Positions 62,438 to 64,000 of a DNA stretch of 64,000 nucleotides are shown here, in pieces. Position numbers and translations under genes: made by a program. Positions within the stretch are counted from its first letter, which is position 1. Every line of letters starts with the position of its first letter. Source of the stretch: an uncultured Candidatus Saccharibacteria bacterium (GTDB lineage: Bacteria; Patescibacteriota; Minisyncoccia; Minisyncoccales; Staskawiczbacteraceae). The DNA is taken from the NCBI GenBank assembly GCA_964599285.1, contig CAZREI010000002.1, positions 9,955 to 73,954 on the forward strand. Direction: 5' to 3'. The notes under the pieces were generated by a model that did not search any database, was not told the DNA's origin, and saw nothing but the letters and a program-made list of their open reading frames with translations.

Positions 62438-62636
62438 GGCAAACCTCCAATGTGTTACTCGAAAACCCTACACCGTGCAGGATTTCAGGGGTAACGAATT
62501 GACGAAATGTTCTGAAAATCATTATATTACAATAGGGTTCTATTGTCAATGGTTTTGGTTTTCTTTGATTAAATTTTAGATTTCCTTGGCTGGTCTGGTA
62601 GGTTGACACAGATTTTTATTTTGCTATAATTCCACT

Positions 62637-62885
62637 ATAAAGCTCTTTGTAATTAACTCCGCTCCGCCTGCAGATGTAACAGCAAATTAGCCTCGGTACC
62701 TGCAGTTCTATGCAAAGATTCTAATATGAGAAATGTAAAAATGCTTATGACCTCCTTAGAATTCAATCTTCTAAAAGACAGTTGTTATTTTCGGAATCAT
62801 TAAATTAGAGGAACGAATGAAGTGCTAAATAGGCGATTTCAAGGATTATTAGAGATGAGTGGAGTTAATTACAGAGAGTTTTTTT
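62637..62885 (+). ncRNA. candidate ~245-nt non-coding RNA
   Basis: promoter 62603-62630; 22-bp closing stem with two G.U pairs; T-run at the end; no ORF. Confidence 0.45.
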
Positions 62886-63180
62886 AAGTTTTAAACTGGC
62901 GATAAACTTATTGGCCCTACATTAGGAAACTGCTGCAAATACCAAATTTTGATATCATTCCAGTGAGTTCTAATATTGTTTTCTTGCCAGAGCAAATGAA
63001 AATCTCCTTTACGGAGGTTTTTATTTTGCTTTAATGTTATTATTTGTAGAAATAAATTTGACATATTTATATATAAATATTATATATAATACATACAATT
63101 ACATAATATTGCAGGACAAAACTTGACAACAGTACATGATAGAATATATGATTGATTCAAATACATAAAAGCATATCATT

Positions 63181-63921
63181 ATGGAAATCATACCACTATT
63201 AAAAAAGTTCGGGCTTAGTGAAAAAGAAATCAAGGTATATTTGGCTTTGTTGGAATACGGCCCCGCTTCCGTAAGAAAATCAGCACAAATAAGCGGCGTT
63301 AATCGAGGGACCGCCTACGATATTTTAAAATCTTTAAAAACAATGGGGCTTATCAGTTATTACCACAAGGGTGCAAAACAAATGTTTGCTGCTGAAGATC
63401 CTAGGAAATTTTTAGACGCTATTAATGAAAAAGAACAAAACCTCATTACCGTAAGACAAGATATGCAAAACGCCATACCGCTACTTCAATCCTTGTATAG
63501 CAAGGCAGGCAGCAAGCCGACGGTGAAATTTTATGAAGGCATTAAAGCAATGAAAACTATTTTGCAAGATGTGCTTGAGGTTACTGAACATTCGAAAGAA
63601 AAAACGTACTATATCTTTTCTTCTTCCACGATTCGCCCTTACCTGCACCAGGCGTGGCCGCTTTTTACAACAGAAAGAGTTAAAAGAGGTATTTACGTTA
63701 AGTCGATTGGGCTGGGCCACACTGGCACCAAAGCTCCCCTGGCAGAGAGAAAAGGAATTACCGAAAAGCAGGGCCCTCCTACGTACTTTTTAATTTATCC
63801 GGGCAAGGTAGCCATGATTTCAGTTAATGAACACAAAGAATTGATGGGATTAATCGTACAAGATCAGGCAATGTTTGAATCGCAATTACAGATTTTCAAT
63901 TACATTTGGCAGACCCTGTAA
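63181..63921 (+). CDS. TrmB-family transcriptional regulator
   Basis: GLSEKEIKVYLALL, R..AYDIL..L, VKFYEG. Confidence 0.92.
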   Translation: MEIIPLLKKFGLSEKEIKVYLALLEYGPASVRKSAQISGVNRGTAYDILKSLKTMGLISYYHKGAKQMFAAEDPRKFLDAINEKEQNLITVRQDMQNAIPLLQSLYSKAGSKPTVKFYEGIKAMKTILQDVLEVTEHSKEKTYYIFSSSTIRPYLHQAWPLFTTERVKRGIYVKSIGLGHTGTKAPLAERKGITEKQGPPTYFLIYPGKVAMISVNEHKELMGLIVQDQAMFESQLQIFNYIWQTL

Positions 63922-64000
63922 AACCGTGAGTTACGAAATAGTTTGAAGGGGCTGTCACATCGCTCTTTTACAATTCCATAAAACAAAGAAAGGACCATGG

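Overview
This 64-kb window looks like a Patescibacteria/CPR (Parcubacteria-like) chromosome. That assignment is inferred from the gene content, the Shine-Dalgarno-poor core genes and the CPR-type accessory proteins. It holds the str/S10/spc ribosomal cluster and an F1Fo ATP synthase operon (both minus strand), housekeeping genes, a ThiF/nitroreductase/acyl-CoA-ligase plus sensor-kinase locus interrupted by a nucleotide-metabolism island, a tRNA-Asn split by a group I intron, a copper island and a GC-richer ARC-ATPase/Pup-like module. Main observations: (1) A ~100-nt structured scaffold with compensatory base changes occurs three times (rpsJ, rpmB, tRNA-Asn). Each copy follows an inverted copy of the target gene end and precedes a displaced duplicate of that 3' end, suggesting an undescribed integration system. 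(2) A circularly permuted MoaA-like radical SAM gene, with its CX3CX9C motif at the C-terminus, is coupled to a dTMP-kinase-like gene and flanked by house-cleaning NTPases. (3) About a dozen families of microrepeat-built palindromes fill almost every intergenic gap, and some enter proteins in frame. (4) Six self-contained antisense mini-gene cassettes sit inside essential operons. (5) An ARC/Mpa-like ATPase lies next to a Pup-like protein ending GGCTC. All identifications are by eye; no database searches or folding programs were run.
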